A stretch of DNA of 64,000 nucleotides from Candidatus Scatocola faecipullorum (GCA_018714685.1 DVNC01000028.1:43459-107458), one strand, 5' to 3'; positions 11,468 through 21,385 are shown, counted from the stretch's first letter. Notes: generated by a model from the sequence alone, not told the origin. Numbers and translations: made by a program.

Positions 11468-12346
11468 ATGTCTGGAAAAAAGGAAAAGCTTAAAAAAAGC
11501 AAGCCTGCCGAAAATTGCACTTTTCTGCCGCCGCGGGTTTCTGATGACGGGGCGGTTCGGCTGCCGGCCGTTAAACTGATTTATCTGCCTTTCGGAATTA
11601 TGGTTGACAAATTTGTTTTGCTTCTGAAACTCGGCAGTTTTTATGCTTTGCTGCTGAGCCTGGTTTCCTTTGTTTTCGGCTATGCTTATATTTGCAATTT
11701 GCCTTTGGTGCGTAATTTCCCTTGTGCCGTGGGGGGCAGTTTTTTGCCGCTTTATTTTTTGTTTAAATATGTTTTGCTGCTGGGCTTTGCCGTAAAGTGG
11801 TATCAAACGGCGTTTCTCGGCTGTACTCTGGGATGGAAGAATATTTTTCCCGTCTGCCGGCGTGATTTTCTGTCAATGGGACTGTTGGCCGGGTTCTTTT
11901 TGCTGAATCTGGCTCCCGTGTTGTCGTTTTACCTGCTGCTGATTCGCGAGCCGAATCCCGACGCTGCGATAGAAGTTGCCTATTTTGCCTGTGTTTCGGT
12001 CGGTTTCTTGGTTCCTTTTGCGGTTATGCGTTTTTATTCGCTGTTCGGTCTGGCGGTTGAGGGTTGTCGCCTGCCTTCCTGGTCAGAGGTCTGGCAGCTC
12101 AGCCGCGGCAACACGTTGCGGATTCTGATTGCGCTGTTTTTTATTTTCTTTCTGACGCTGTTTGCTTTTCTGAATTTTTATCTTTTGATGCGCGGCTATG
12201 AAACCCAAAGCACGCTCTGGCTCGGCATTTCGTCAGAATTTGTTTATGACCTGATGCTGTTGATGCTGCTGAGCCTGTTCGTCAATCACTGCTATATCCA
12301 GAAGTTGTTTATGTTTGGAGAGACTGTTAATGAAACCAATGATTAA
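11468..12346 (+). CDS. polytopic membrane protein, unknown function (paralogue of the next gene)
   Basis: 292 aa with multiple hydrophobic helices. It starts 3 nt after the dnaE stop. It shares the LPFG and (S/T)xGNT(L/V)(R/K)I motifs with 12315..13154. Confidence 0.5.
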   Translation: MSGKKEKLKKSKPAENCTFLPPRVSDDGAVRLPAVKLIYLPFGIMVDKFVLLLKLGSFYALLLSLVSFVFGYAYICNLPLVRNFPCAVGGSFLPLYFLFKYVLLLGFAVKWYQTAFLGCTLGWKNIFPVCRRDFLSMGLLAGFFLLNLAPVLSFYLLLIREPNPDAAIEVAYFACVSVGFLVPFAVMRFYSLFGLAVEGCRLPSWSEVWQLSRGNTLRILIALFFIFFLTLFAFLNFYLLMRGYETQSTLWLGISSEFVYDLMLLMLLSLFVNHCYIQKLFMFGETVNETND

Positions 12347-13154
12347 TCTGCCTTTCGGCGAAAGTCTGAAACGGACTTATCTGTATGTCTTTGCCAACTT
12401 CGGCAAGGCGATGAAAATCTGCTCTTTTTGGATTGTTTTGATGCTGGCGGCCGATGTTCTGATGTCCTTTCCGTCCCAGTGTCGGGAAGGGCAGAATTGT
12501 ATCGGCTGGCAGAGCAATGTCTCCATGCTGCTGTCGGTAATTGCCTCGGCAGCCGTATCGGTGTCTTTTGCACGGACGGTCATTTTGAAAGAGGAATATG
12601 ACTGGTTCCGCATTTCGCTTGGCGGACGAGAATTAAAATATCTGCTGTTCAGCCTGCTTATCTTGCTGTTGATGTTGGCTGCTGCTCTGATTGTCGGCGT
12701 TGTCCTGGCCTGGCTTTGGCAAATGTTTAATCCCGGCAGTGTCGGCGTACGGCATCCGGGTTATCTCGGCACTTATTTTCTGTCGGTTCTGGTTATTGCC
12801 GCTTTTGCGTCACGGCTTTGTCTGGCTCTTTCGGCCGTAGCGGTTGACAATCGGGAAATCGGGCTGCGCAAAGCGTTTGACATAACCTCAGGCAATACCG
12901 TTAAAATTTTTCTGGGACTGATTCTTTCCACTTTTCCGGTTATGGTGTTGCTGCTGCTGATCGGCAATCTGGCTCAGGGGATATTTGCCGACAGTTGGAT
13001 GGGTAAATTTGTCGTTTCTGCGCTGGTTGTTTTTTTCTCGGCACTGAATGCAGTGTTCAAATCCTGTTATCTGGCACATATTTACCAATATTTTCTTTAT
13101 TTTTACAATCGCCGCCCGCAAGAGGAAAGTGCGGACAAAAGCCTGCTGGATTAA
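12315..13154 (+). CDS. polytopic membrane protein, unknown function (paralogue of the previous gene)
   Basis: 279 aa and hydrophobic. INLPFGESL and DITSGNTVKIFLGLIL parallel IYLPFGIMV and QLSRGNTLRILIALFF in the upstream protein. Confidence 0.5.
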   Translation: MERLLMKPMINLPFGESLKRTYLYVFANFGKAMKICSFWIVLMLAADVLMSFPSQCREGQNCIGWQSNVSMLLSVIASAAVSVSFARTVILKEEYDWFRISLGGRELKYLLFSLLILLLMLAAALIVGVVLAWLWQMFNPGSVGVRHPGYLGTYFLSVLVIAAFASRLCLALSAVAVDNREIGLRKAFDITSGNTVKIFLGLILSTFPVMVLLLLIGNLAQGIFADSWMGKFVVSALVVFFSALNAVFKSCYLAHIYQYFLYFYNRRPQEESADKSLLD

Positions 13155-13186
13155 AAAGAAAGGCGTTGTTAAACGCCTTTCTTTTT
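13153..13186. terminator. bidirectional intrinsic terminator
   Basis: 15-bp perfect stem AAAAAGAAAGGCGTT/AACGCCTTTCTTTTT with a 4-nt loop, between convergent genes. Confidence 0.65.
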
Positions 13187-15280
13187 GCCTGTTTTACCAA
13201 AATATTCCGTCATCAGGTCAAGTTTGTAATAATCTTTGATTGCCGGGGCCGGTTCAAAAAATTCGGCCGTATCCAGCGCCAGAATATTGGCCTGCTGATT
13301 AAGAAAATCGCGGCCGAGCTTGATTGTCTCCGCATTGCGGATAAGATATTCCCTGTACTGCTGGGCATCTTTGACATTGCTTTTGATAAGGCCGCTGCGT
13401 TTGGCGAAAACCGAAGTATAGGCGAAAATAACATAAACCGCCGCCAAAATCATTACCGCGGAAACCAGATGCAGATACGCGCTCATTACCAGAACTGAAA
13501 AGGCTATGATAATAACGGCAAAAACTTTTCCGAGGAACCCGAGCCAACGGTATTTGAATTTAGTTTTCAATACCCACAGATAAAACGCGATGGTAACCGT
13601 GCAGGCGGTCAGCACGGCAAAAGCCTGTCCGCTGTTGATGTTGAGCAGGGCCATGGCCGCTTCGGCAACCAGCAGCATGCCTATGCTGAAAAGCAAATAA
13701 CCGATATTGAGCTTGAGTGCCAGCTGTTTGACTTTTCGCAGGGTGTTGGCTTCAACTTGCTTATAGGCCCGTTTCAGTTTCAGCTGATTGGCCGCGTTCA
13801 GCGCCAGCACGGCTTCGCTGCGTGAAAACAGGGCGTTTACGGCTTTGCGTTCTTTTCTTTCCAGCGATGAGAGATTATCGGTCCGTTTGACCAGCAGAAT
13901 ATCTTTGTCGCCGCGCTGAATGTCAATGATGTTTTTGCGGTAAAGCTCCAAAAGAAAGGCCGCAAAGGAAATCTTGTCAAACACGCCCATGGCCAGATAA
14001 CGCATCAGCGGTGCCCCGCGCTTGAAGCTGTTGCTGTTTTTGAGATTGTTTTTGGCAATGTATTTCCATGACAGGTAATAAGAAATCAAAATGCTCAGCA
14101 GACCGACTGTTGCAACAAGAATGTCGCCGTAGTCTTCCAAAAACCATGTCAGCCGGCGGTTCCGATCTGCCGGAACAAAATCGGTTTTCGGCAGGGCGAC
14201 AATCACATGCATTCCTTCACCGATATACAACGGAACCAAAGCCGCAAAACCCAAAACGTTTTCATGCTCGCTCATCATGGTTCCGGCACTGGTCAGCTCA
14301 TCCGGATAGCCCAGAAACACCAGAGAACTGAGCGGCTTGCTGCTGCCGGGCAGGCGGATGGAAACCATTGCTTTGCCGATAATCAGATTCCAGCGGCTTC
14401 CGGTGGCGTCCCAGTAAAACTCGTTAAAGTCGTTGTATTGCCATAACTGCCGGTCAACCAGATATTGGAAATTATAGGTATAAACACCCGGCTCCAGTGT
14501 GTATTCTTCCTCCGGCACAATCACATAGCTGTCGCTTTCTTCAATAATTTTGTGGGGAACCTCCTGACCGTTAATGCTGACGGAAGCCAGATTTAAATCG
14601 ATTTTGTTGGATACCCCCTCGCGGGAAGTGGATATTTTCGGAATAATCCGGGACAGGCCGTTTTTGAGCTTTTTACCTGCCGCCACCACGACGGCCGTAT
14701 CATTGATGCTGGCGGTGCCGTTCGGCAGAATTTCAATCTGAGTGGAAAAGTACGGAATATGTTCCTGAGCCGGAACCAAAGTCCTTTCTCCGCCCGGAAA
14801 CTCAACCGTCACCACCGGAAAATCAGGCGCCTGAAACTGCTGCATATCGTCCTGCTTAAGTTCAATATAGCGGGTGCCGCTGCTTTGGGCGTCACCGCGC
14901 GGACGGGTATCGCCTGAAGAAATGCGGTTGATAGCTTCATCGTAAATCCGTTCAAAAAAAGATTTGTTTTTTTCATTCATCTTGGCGATGTAGTCATCGC
15001 TGTGCTGCATATTGACCGAGGAGGGCTTGTCCATGGAATCCGTCGGTCCCAGATTGGAAATGGTTGCTTTTTTCAAACGCTCCATAATATATTTTTCCAT
15101 GGCGCGGGTATCACGCGGGTCGGGAGAGTCGTCTTCCGGCGGCGGAGGGGGCAGATTGTCTTGCGAGGCTTTGTAAGCCTGGGCGGCTTCCATGTCTTCA
15201 AAAGCGACGGTTTTGGCCGAGGCGTCGATAATTTGCCAGCCGATGATACTGAAACAAATCGTAAGAAAAAGTTTTTTCAT
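13169..15280 (-). CDS. large secreted/membrane protein, DUF2207-like architecture
   Basis: 703 aa. It has a signal peptide (MKKLFLTICFSIIGWQIIDASA), an extracytoplasmic domain of ~380 aa, and then several TM helices separated by a soluble loop. The family assignment is from memory of this architecture only. Confidence 0.45.
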   Translation of the reverse strand: MKKLFLTICFSIIGWQIIDASAKTVAFEDMEAAQAYKASQDNLPPPPPEDDSPDPRDTRAMEKYIMERLKKATISNLGPTDSMDKPSSVNMQHSDDYIAKMNEKNKSFFERIYDEAINRISSGDTRPRGDAQSSGTRYIELKQDDMQQFQAPDFPVVTVEFPGGERTLVPAQEHIPYFSTQIEILPNGTASINDTAVVVAAGKKLKNGLSRIIPKISTSREGVSNKIDLNLASVSINGQEVPHKIIEESDSYVIVPEEEYTLEPGVYTYNFQYLVDRQLWQYNDFNEFYWDATGSRWNLIIGKAMVSIRLPGSSKPLSSLVFLGYPDELTSAGTMMSEHENVLGFAALVPLYIGEGMHVIVALPKTDFVPADRNRRLTWFLEDYGDILVATVGLLSILISYYLSWKYIAKNNLKNSNSFKRGAPLMRYLAMGVFDKISFAAFLLELYRKNIIDIQRGDKDILLVKRTDNLSSLERKERKAVNALFSRSEAVLALNAANQLKLKRAYKQVEANTLRKVKQLALKLNIGYLLFSIGMLLVAEAAMALLNINSGQAFAVLTACTVTIAFYLWVLKTKFKYRWLGFLGKVFAVIIIAFSVLVMSAYLHLVSAVMILAAVYVIFAYTSVFAKRSGLIKSNVKDAQQYREYLIRNAETIKLGRDFLNQQANILALDTAEFFEPAPAIKDYYKLDLMTEYFGKTGKKKGV

Positions 15281-15370
15281 AAAAACCTGCCCTCTGTTAA
15301 CAAATAAAACATATTTGCTAGTATAGATTACAGTTATTAAGAAAAGATAAAATTTTAAGGAGACCAGACT

Positions 15371-16105
15371 ATGACAAAACCCGCAATTGCCGCCGTAATT
15401 TTAGCCGCCGGCAAAGGAACCCGGATGAAATCCGATCTGCCGAAAGTAATGATGCCTCTCTGCGGAAAGCCGATGATTCGCTATCCGCTGGAAACGCTGG
15501 AAAAAATGGGCGTTGAGAAAATAGTGGTCGTCACCGCTCCCGACGGTGATCTGGTGCGGCAGGAGGTTGCCCCCCATGAAAGCTGCATCCAGCGTGAACA
15601 GCTCGGCACCGGACATGCGGTTCTTTCCGCCAAAGAAAAGCTGGGCAATTTTGACGGGGCCGTCCTGGTTATTTTCGGAGACAGCCCGATGGTTACCGAG
15701 CAGACTTATCAAACGGCGGTTGACAAGCTGAACGAAGGCTATTCGATTGTCGTTTTGGGCTTCCGCCCCGAAGATGCCGCCCGTTACGGACGTCTGGTGG
15801 TTGAAAACGGCGAACTGAAAAAAATTGTCGAATTCAAAGATGCCTCGGATGCCGAAAAAGCGATTAACCTGTGCAATTCGGGCTGTATGTGCTTTGCCGG
15901 AAAAACCATGTTTGAAATTTTGGAAGCCGTCGGTAATGAAAATGCCGCCGGCGAGTATTATCTTACCGATGCAATTGCCATTGCCCGCGCCAAAGGGCTG
16001 AAATGCGCGGTGGTTGAATGTTCGGCTGAAGAAGTTGCCGGAGCCAACACCCGCGAAGAACTGGCATTGCTGGAGAGTTTTTATAAACAACGTAAGGCCG
16101 GTTAA
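15371..16105 (+). CDS. GlmU-like UDP-GlcNAc pyrophosphorylase domain protein lacking the acetyltransferase half
   Basis: 244 aa. Carries LAAGKGTRMKSDLPKV, QLGTGHAV, YGRLV and GEYYLTD, as in the GlmU N-terminal domain. There is no left-handed beta-helix repeat region. Confidence 0.75.
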   Translation: MTKPAIAAVILAAGKGTRMKSDLPKVMMPLCGKPMIRYPLETLEKMGVEKIVVVTAPDGDLVRQEVAPHESCIQREQLGTGHAVLSAKEKLGNFDGAVLVIFGDSPMVTEQTYQTAVDKLNEGYSIVVLGFRPEDAARYGRLVVENGELKKIVEFKDASDAEKAINLCNSGCMCFAGKTMFEILEAVGNENAAGEYYLTDAIAIARAKGLKCAVVECSAEEVAGANTREELALLESFYKQRKAG

Positions 16106-16611
16106 TGGGGTTTGTCAGACAGCATTGGTTCGGGTTCATCGTCACGCTGGTTTTGTTGCTCAGCGCGCTGCTGTTTCTGATTGTGCTTTTTTCGCCTCGG
16201 CAGGATAATCAAAAACGCGGTTTTATTCCCTGTACCGAAACCATGGCTGCCGCGCTGTACGATTGTCGCGGGCGCAGTTTCTGCATGCTCGGCGCGATTT
16301 TGGAAAACAGCCGCTGCGACGCGGCAGTGGTGCTTACCGGTCTGGGCGACTGGGTTAAGGGAAAACAGCCGTCACCTTGGAGCAATTACTTCTTTACGCC
16401 GGACTTGGAACCGGAGGAAGAGCTGGCTCCTGAGGTTCAGGAGTTTTATCAGGACAATCCGAACCTGCGTCGGGATATGAAACAGCTAGAGGCAATGCAC
16501 GAACAGCTGCTTAAAAATCAGGTTGCGGACGGCGGGGAGGCGGCGGAGCTTCCCTCGCCGCAGCAGCCGCAAACACAACGGAAGGAAACAAACGAAAATG
16601 TCGGAAAATAA
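16105..16611 (+). CDS. small membrane-anchored protein, unknown function
   Basis: 168 aa with one N-terminal TM helix. Its ATG overlaps the upstream stop (TAATG). Confidence 0.4.
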   Translation: MGFVRQHWFGFIVTLVLLLSALLFLIVLFSPRQDNQKRGFIPCTETMAAALYDCRGRSFCMLGAILENSRCDAAVVLTGLGDWVKGKQPSPWSNYFFTPDLEPEEELAPEVQEFYQDNPNLRRDMKQLEAMHEQLLKNQVADGGEAAELPSPQQPQTQRKETNENVGK

Positions 16612-18391
16612 ACCAACGCTTCCCGCATGGGATTTGAGCGATATGTATAAGGGGATTGATGACCCGCAGATCGCCGCAGATATGGAAAGCTACCGCAAAA
16701 CCGCGGCTTCTTTTGCCCGAAAATATAAAGGCCGCCTGGCCGGTCTGTCGGCGGAAGAATTTGCCCGGGCGCTCGAAATTTATAATAAGCTTTCGGAAAT
16801 GGCCGGCCTGCTGGGCGGTTTTGCCTACCTCAATATGTGCACCCAGATGAAAAATAAAGAAGCGATGGCTTTTTTCCAGAATACCAGCGAAAAGCTGACC
16901 GATTACGGCAAACCGGTCATCTTTTTTGAATTGGAATTAAACCGTCTGCCGGCCGCCACATTGAAAGAATGGCTCAAAAATAAAAAAGTTGCTTTTTATA
17001 AACCGTTTATCATGCGGGCGCAGCGGTTTAAAAAATATGATCTTCCCGAGGCCGTGGAAGAAGTCTTTGTCGAGAAATCGGTTACGTCGTCGGAGGCGTG
17101 GGTCCGCTTTTATGAGGAAACGTCTTCCCGTTTGGAATACACGGTTGACGGACAAAAATACAACGATGCCGAAATAACCAAGCTGCTGTTGGATAAAGAT
17201 GCTGAAGTTCGTGAAAAAGCCGGACGGGAAATCTGCCGCGTCAGCAGCGAAAATGCACCGTTTATGAGCTTTGTTTACAATATGGTGGTTAAAGACAAGG
17301 CCATTTCCGATATGAAACGCGGCTTTAAAACACCGGTTTCCGGACCGAACCTCGGTGAAGACGTTAAAGATGTCACGGTTGAAACACTGGCACAGACCGT
17401 CCGCGACAATTACGGGAAAATCGCTCATCGCTTTTATAAACTTAAAGCCAAATGGCTCGGTGTTGACAAGCTTAAGTACTGGGACCGCAACGCGCCGCTG
17501 CCGTTTTGCGATGATCGCCGTTATTCCTGGGAAGAGAGCGTTAAAATTGTTTTGGACGCTTATAATGAATTTTCGCCCAAGCTCTATGATATTGCCCGCA
17601 ATTTCTTTGATCATCCGTGGATTGACGTTCCCCCGCGCGACGGCAAACGGGGAGGGGCTTTTGCCTCCGGTCCGGTCAACAGCCGTCATCCTTATCTGTT
17701 TTTGAACTTTGTCGGCAAACAGAATGATGTTCTGACGCTGGCACACGAGCTCGGCCACGGCTGCCACATGATGACCCGCCGTAAAAACGGCGACCTGAAT
17801 GAAACCAGCCGTATGACCACCGAGGAAGTTGCATCGGTCTTCGGCGAGATGATGACGTTTCAGTCATTGTTGAAACAGACAGCCGATGATAAGGAAAAGC
17901 TCTGCCTGATTGCCGGAAAGGTCAGTGATATGATTAATACGGCCGTCCGCCAGATTGCTTTTCATTTCTTTGAAACCCGGGTGCATAACGAGCGCCGCGA
18001 GGGTGAACTCTCCGCCGACCGTCTCGGTGAAATCTGGCTTGAGGAAATGCGCGCCGCGCAAGGCCCTTATGTGGAAATGGGCGATGAAAATGCGCAGATA
18101 TGGTCACAGGTCGGACATTTCTTCTTCCGTCCGTTCTATGTCTATTGCTACTCTTTTGCCGATTGTCTGGTTAATTCGCTTTATCAGGTTTATCAGGAAG
18201 GAAATGTCAAGGACTTTCCTGACAAATATCTGGATATGCTGTCAAAAACGGCCATAACCGATTATGATAAACTGCTCAAACCTTTCGGACTGAATCCGGA
18301 TGACCCGGCTTTCTGGAATAAAGGGCTGGGGCTGATTTCGCATTATATCGACGAATTGGAACGCCTGGATAAAAAAGTCTTCGGCAAATAA
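16598..18391 (+). CDS. pepF: oligoendopeptidase F-family M3B metallopeptidase
   Basis: Zinc motif HELGHGCH and M3B-like length. The start is placed at ATG 16598 (MSENKPTLPAWDLSDMY) rather than at ORF-track 16523. Confidence 0.85.
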   Translation: MSENKPTLPAWDLSDMYKGIDDPQIAADMESYRKTAASFARKYKGRLAGLSAEEFARALEIYNKLSEMAGLLGGFAYLNMCTQMKNKEAMAFFQNTSEKLTDYGKPVIFFELELNRLPAATLKEWLKNKKVAFYKPFIMRAQRFKKYDLPEAVEEVFVEKSVTSSEAWVRFYEETSSRLEYTVDGQKYNDAEITKLLLDKDAEVREKAGREICRVSSENAPFMSFVYNMVVKDKAISDMKRGFKTPVSGPNLGEDVKDVTVETLAQTVRDNYGKIAHRFYKLKAKWLGVDKLKYWDRNAPLPFCDDRRYSWEESVKIVLDAYNEFSPKLYDIARNFFDHPWIDVPPRDGKRGGAFASGPVNSRHPYLFLNFVGKQNDVLTLAHELGHGCHMMTRRKNGDLNETSRMTTEEVASVFGEMMTFQSLLKQTADDKEKLCLIAGKVSDMINTAVRQIAFHFFETRVHNERREGELSADRLGEIWLEEMRAAQGPYVEMGDENAQIWSQVGHFFFRPFYVYCYSFADCLVNSLYQVYQEGNVKDFPDKYLDMLSKTAITDYDKLLKPFGLNPDDPAFWNKGLGLISHYIDELERLDKKVFGK

Positions 18392-18395
18392 GCCA

Positions 18396-18422
18396 AGCCC
18401 CTCTTGCGAGGGGCTTTTCTTT
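18396..18422 (+). terminator. intrinsic terminator after pepF
   Basis: AGCCCCTC-TTGC-GAGGGGCT followed by TTTTCTTT. Confidence 0.6.
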
Positions 18423-18464
18423 GTTTGCAAACAATGTCCTTGGCAGAGAAACGCTGATAAATCC

Positions 18465-19265
18465 TTACTCCCGCCGCGGCGCATTATAGCGTCTGTATGC
18501 GTCCTGCGTTTCCTGTTTGACTCTTTCCAGATAATGGGCGGAAGATTCCGAAGAACCGTGATAAGCCAGCGAGAAGTTTTGCACCAGAAAACCGAACGGA
18601 TTGGCAATGGCGTCTTCGCGTTTGGCAAACGGGATACGTACATAGGTAATGCGCATGGTAGCCCGCCAGATGCTGGTGGTCGGTTTGTCTGAACCGGGCA
18701 GATAGTCCATTGTGCGGAACTGTACCTGCCACAGGCCTAAAGCCGCCGGTTTGATCCAGTCGATTTCCACGTCGCGCTGTAACGATTTCTGCCTGAACTG
18801 CATAATGCTGTAAGCCACGTCGTTTTCACTGAATTCACGGAACACGGCCGGCGACGAATACCAGTAAATTGTCGAGCCGGGACCCCAGCGGGTAACCAGT
18901 TCGTCATAATCTGAGCTCACCAGATAGCGTAGCAGAATATATTCGGTAATATGCTGCTCGGTAATCAAATCCGAAACCGGAAAGTTGATTTCCGCCGGCT
19001 GCACCTGCTCCAGCATGCTGAAATATTTGTTGATCTGAAACAGCTTGGGCTGTACCGTCCGCTGCGGCAGCAGCAGATAGATTGTTGCGGCCAGCATCAT
19101 GTTCAGGCAGATGCTCAGGCAGGCCAGAATAACCAAAACCCTTGAGGTCCACAGATAACGGCGTTCGGGCATGGCGTTGACATGCACCCGTTCCGGATAA
19201 AAGCCGAGCTGGTCGGGGCTCTGCTTTTCCTTGTATTTGAAGACCGTATTAAAAATTTCTAACAT
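18465..19265 (-). CDS. VirB8/TrbF-like bitopic membrane protein (orphan)
   Basis: 266 aa. It has a short cytoplasmic N-terminus, one TM helix (VLVILACLSICLNMMLAATIYLLL) and a periplasmic domain ending in NPFGFLVQNFSL, which resembles the VirB8 NPLGFxVxxY signature. Confidence 0.5.
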   Translation of the reverse strand: MLEIFNTVFKYKEKQSPDQLGFYPERVHVNAMPERRYLWTSRVLVILACLSICLNMMLAATIYLLLPQRTVQPKLFQINKYFSMLEQVQPAEINFPVSDLITEQHITEYILLRYLVSSDYDELVTRWGPGSTIYWYSSPAVFREFSENDVAYSIMQFRQKSLQRDVEIDWIKPAALGLWQVQFRTMDYLPGSDKPTTSIWRATMRITYVRIPFAKREDAIANPFGFLVQNFSLAYHGSSESSAHYLERVKQETQDAYRRYNAPRRE

Positions 19266-19403
19266 CTTGAAAATTTAACCTCAAGTTAAGCCTCACCATG
19301 TATTCTATACATGAAAGTGGAATAAAATCAAATAAATACTGTTCAGATTCGAAATCTTGATATAATGATAATAACATAGAGAAGTATATAAAGGGTTTAT
19401 GTT

Positions 19404-21302
19404 ATGAAGAAAATTTTATTGTCGGTCGTTGGCGCGGGTTTGGCGCTGACCGCCTGCATGAGCAATGACAACGGCTACAACGGAAACGGAACGCCCCCGG
19501 CCTATTACACCGACTGGGACCGGGCCGTCCGCGTAGATGTTGATATGCAGAATATGTATGTCGGCACGCCGCAGAAAATTGAAAAGCCGATTGACATGTA
19601 TATGGCCATGGCTCTGGCATTAAAATATAACTATACCCGCCGCCTGATCTCCTATCAGCAGAGCTTGATTGAAGCGGGAAAGGTTCCGACTGACAAACTG
19701 AGCGAGATTGCCAGCCATGCCGGTTATGACAATGCCACGCTCAACACGCGCATGAGCCCTGATTTGAAAGTTGCCTGGAACGTGCTCGACATTTCGACCG
19801 TTTATTATCAGAACATTGATCCTACCTATAAAAATGGTGTTGCCACCGAGCAAAGCCGCAAAGTTATCCATAACATTCTGCAGGAAACCCGCAGCCTCTA
19901 CTGGCAAAGCCTGGCTGCTCAAAAACTGATTCCCGTTATCGACGACATGACCGAGTATATGACGCTTGAGGTGGATGAAATGAACGCCCGAGCCAAAGAG
20001 CTGGCGGAACAGGGAAAATACCTGACCACCGAGGAGCTTCAGAAAAAACGCGATTATATGGAAGCGGTCAAAAAGGCTTCGGATCTGCGCCGCAAAATGG
20101 AAACCGCCGAAACCCGGCTGGCTTCATTAATGGGATTTCATCCTTCTACCGAATTTAAGCTGGTCGGTTCCGAATACGGCAATTTTGAACTGCCGGCGCT
20201 TAAAAACGAGCTGGCGCAGCTGGAATGGCTGGCTCTGACCAATCGTCCCGAAATGCGTGCCCATGATTTGTCTGCGAATGTCGAAGATTTGAAAATCGTG
20301 GTCAAAGGATTTAAAGAACCGGAACTGAACAAATATAAAAATGACCCCAACTATTACAACCGCCTGTGGTCAAAACAGGCGCAGCAGGTCAGCATGACGG
20401 TAATGGAAGACGTGCGCAATCCCAAAATCAGCGAGCTGAACGATTTGCGCCGCCAAAGAATGACCAATCTGATCATCAGTCAGGTTTATGTGGCTTGGGC
20501 GCGTTATACCTCTGCGGTTGAAGACTATCAGATTAATATGGAAATTGCCGACACCTCTGAAAATATCGCCGAAGATATCACGATCAAGGACGGCAGCGGC
20601 AATTCCAAGAGCATTCTCGAATCTGCCCGTGCGGTTGATGATGAGGTTCAGGCTTTTCTCGCTTATGCCGAAGTACAGGATGCATTGGGCAATCTCTATG
20701 CAACCATCGGCCTGGATGCGATTCCCTATTATATGTTGAACGACAAACCGTCTAAAATTGCGGTGGCACTGCATAAAACGTTGGAAAAATGGCGTGAAGG
20801 CGAATTTATTCCCGATAACCGTCCTTATCTGCTGGATGTGCCGGCCAAACGCCCGCCGGTCAATATGAGTTCTTTGATTCCCGACTATGAAGTCGAGACC
20901 GGCCAGCGTATTAAAATCGACGTGCCTTCTGCCGTATTCGATAAAATGGAACTGGTCGGTAAAATTACCACCAAAGCCGGCTTGATTGACGATTCGCCGT
21001 TGCCGAAATGGCTGAATTATGACGAAAAGAATCACCGCTTTGATGGGATTGCCATGCCTTCCAACGTCGGGCAGTATAATATCAAACTTTATGTGACCGA
21101 CGAAAACGGCAATGTCGGCTATCTGACCTTTAAGCTGAAAATTAAAGAAGTCTTTGTGCCGTCTATGCGGGTTGACGGTTTGACCGACGGGCGTAAAGCG
21201 ACGGTTTTGAAACGTTGTCTCAGTTCCGTCTGCAAAGACACTTATGTGGATGACGAGGCTGTCGGCGAAGAAGTTGAGGTTCGCGCCCCCGCCCGATTCT
21301 GA
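19404..21302 (+). CDS. lipoprotein with a TolC/OEP-like helical region and a C-terminal cadherin-like (putative Ig) domain
   Basis: Lipobox LALTAC. It has coiled OEP-like segments (WLALTNRPEMRAHDL). The C-terminal PKWLNYDEKNHRFDGIAMPSNVGQYNIKLYVTDENGNVGYLTFKLKI matches the dystroglycan-type cadherin-like pattern. Confidence 0.55.
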   Translation: MKKILLSVVGAGLALTACMSNDNGYNGNGTPPAYYTDWDRAVRVDVDMQNMYVGTPQKIEKPIDMYMAMALALKYNYTRRLISYQQSLIEAGKVPTDKLSEIASHAGYDNATLNTRMSPDLKVAWNVLDISTVYYQNIDPTYKNGVATEQSRKVIHNILQETRSLYWQSLAAQKLIPVIDDMTEYMTLEVDEMNARAKELAEQGKYLTTEELQKKRDYMEAVKKASDLRRKMETAETRLASLMGFHPSTEFKLVGSEYGNFELPALKNELAQLEWLALTNRPEMRAHDLSANVEDLKIVVKGFKEPELNKYKNDPNYYNRLWSKQAQQVSMTVMEDVRNPKISELNDLRRQRMTNLIISQVYVAWARYTSAVEDYQINMEIADTSENIAEDITIKDGSGNSKSILESARAVDDEVQAFLAYAEVQDALGNLYATIGLDAIPYYMLNDKPSKIAVALHKTLEKWREGEFIPDNRPYLLDVPAKRPPVNMSSLIPDYEVETGQRIKIDVPSAVFDKMELVGKITTKAGLIDDSPLPKWLNYDEKNHRFDGIAMPSNVGQYNIKLYVTDENGNVGYLTFKLKIKEVFVPSMRVDGLTDGRKATVLKRCLSSVCKDTYVDDEAVGEEVEVRAPARF

Positions 21303-21344
21303 TATCGGTCAGACCACAATATCTTGTGGTTACGGTTTATTCAG

Positions 21345-21385
21345 CGGATTCCCCGTAAAGGGAATCCGTTTTCTTTTTTTTGGGG
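21345..21385 (+). terminator. intrinsic terminator after the lipoprotein gene
   Basis: CGGATTCCC-CGTAAA-GGGAATCCG followed by TTTTCTTTTTTTT. Confidence 0.6.

Noticed and set aside
16523-16597. N-terminal extension of pepF suggested by the ORF track
   Set aside because: The extension is Arg-rich and overlaps the end of the upstream gene by 89 nt. The internal ATG at 16598 gives a normal M3B N-terminus.
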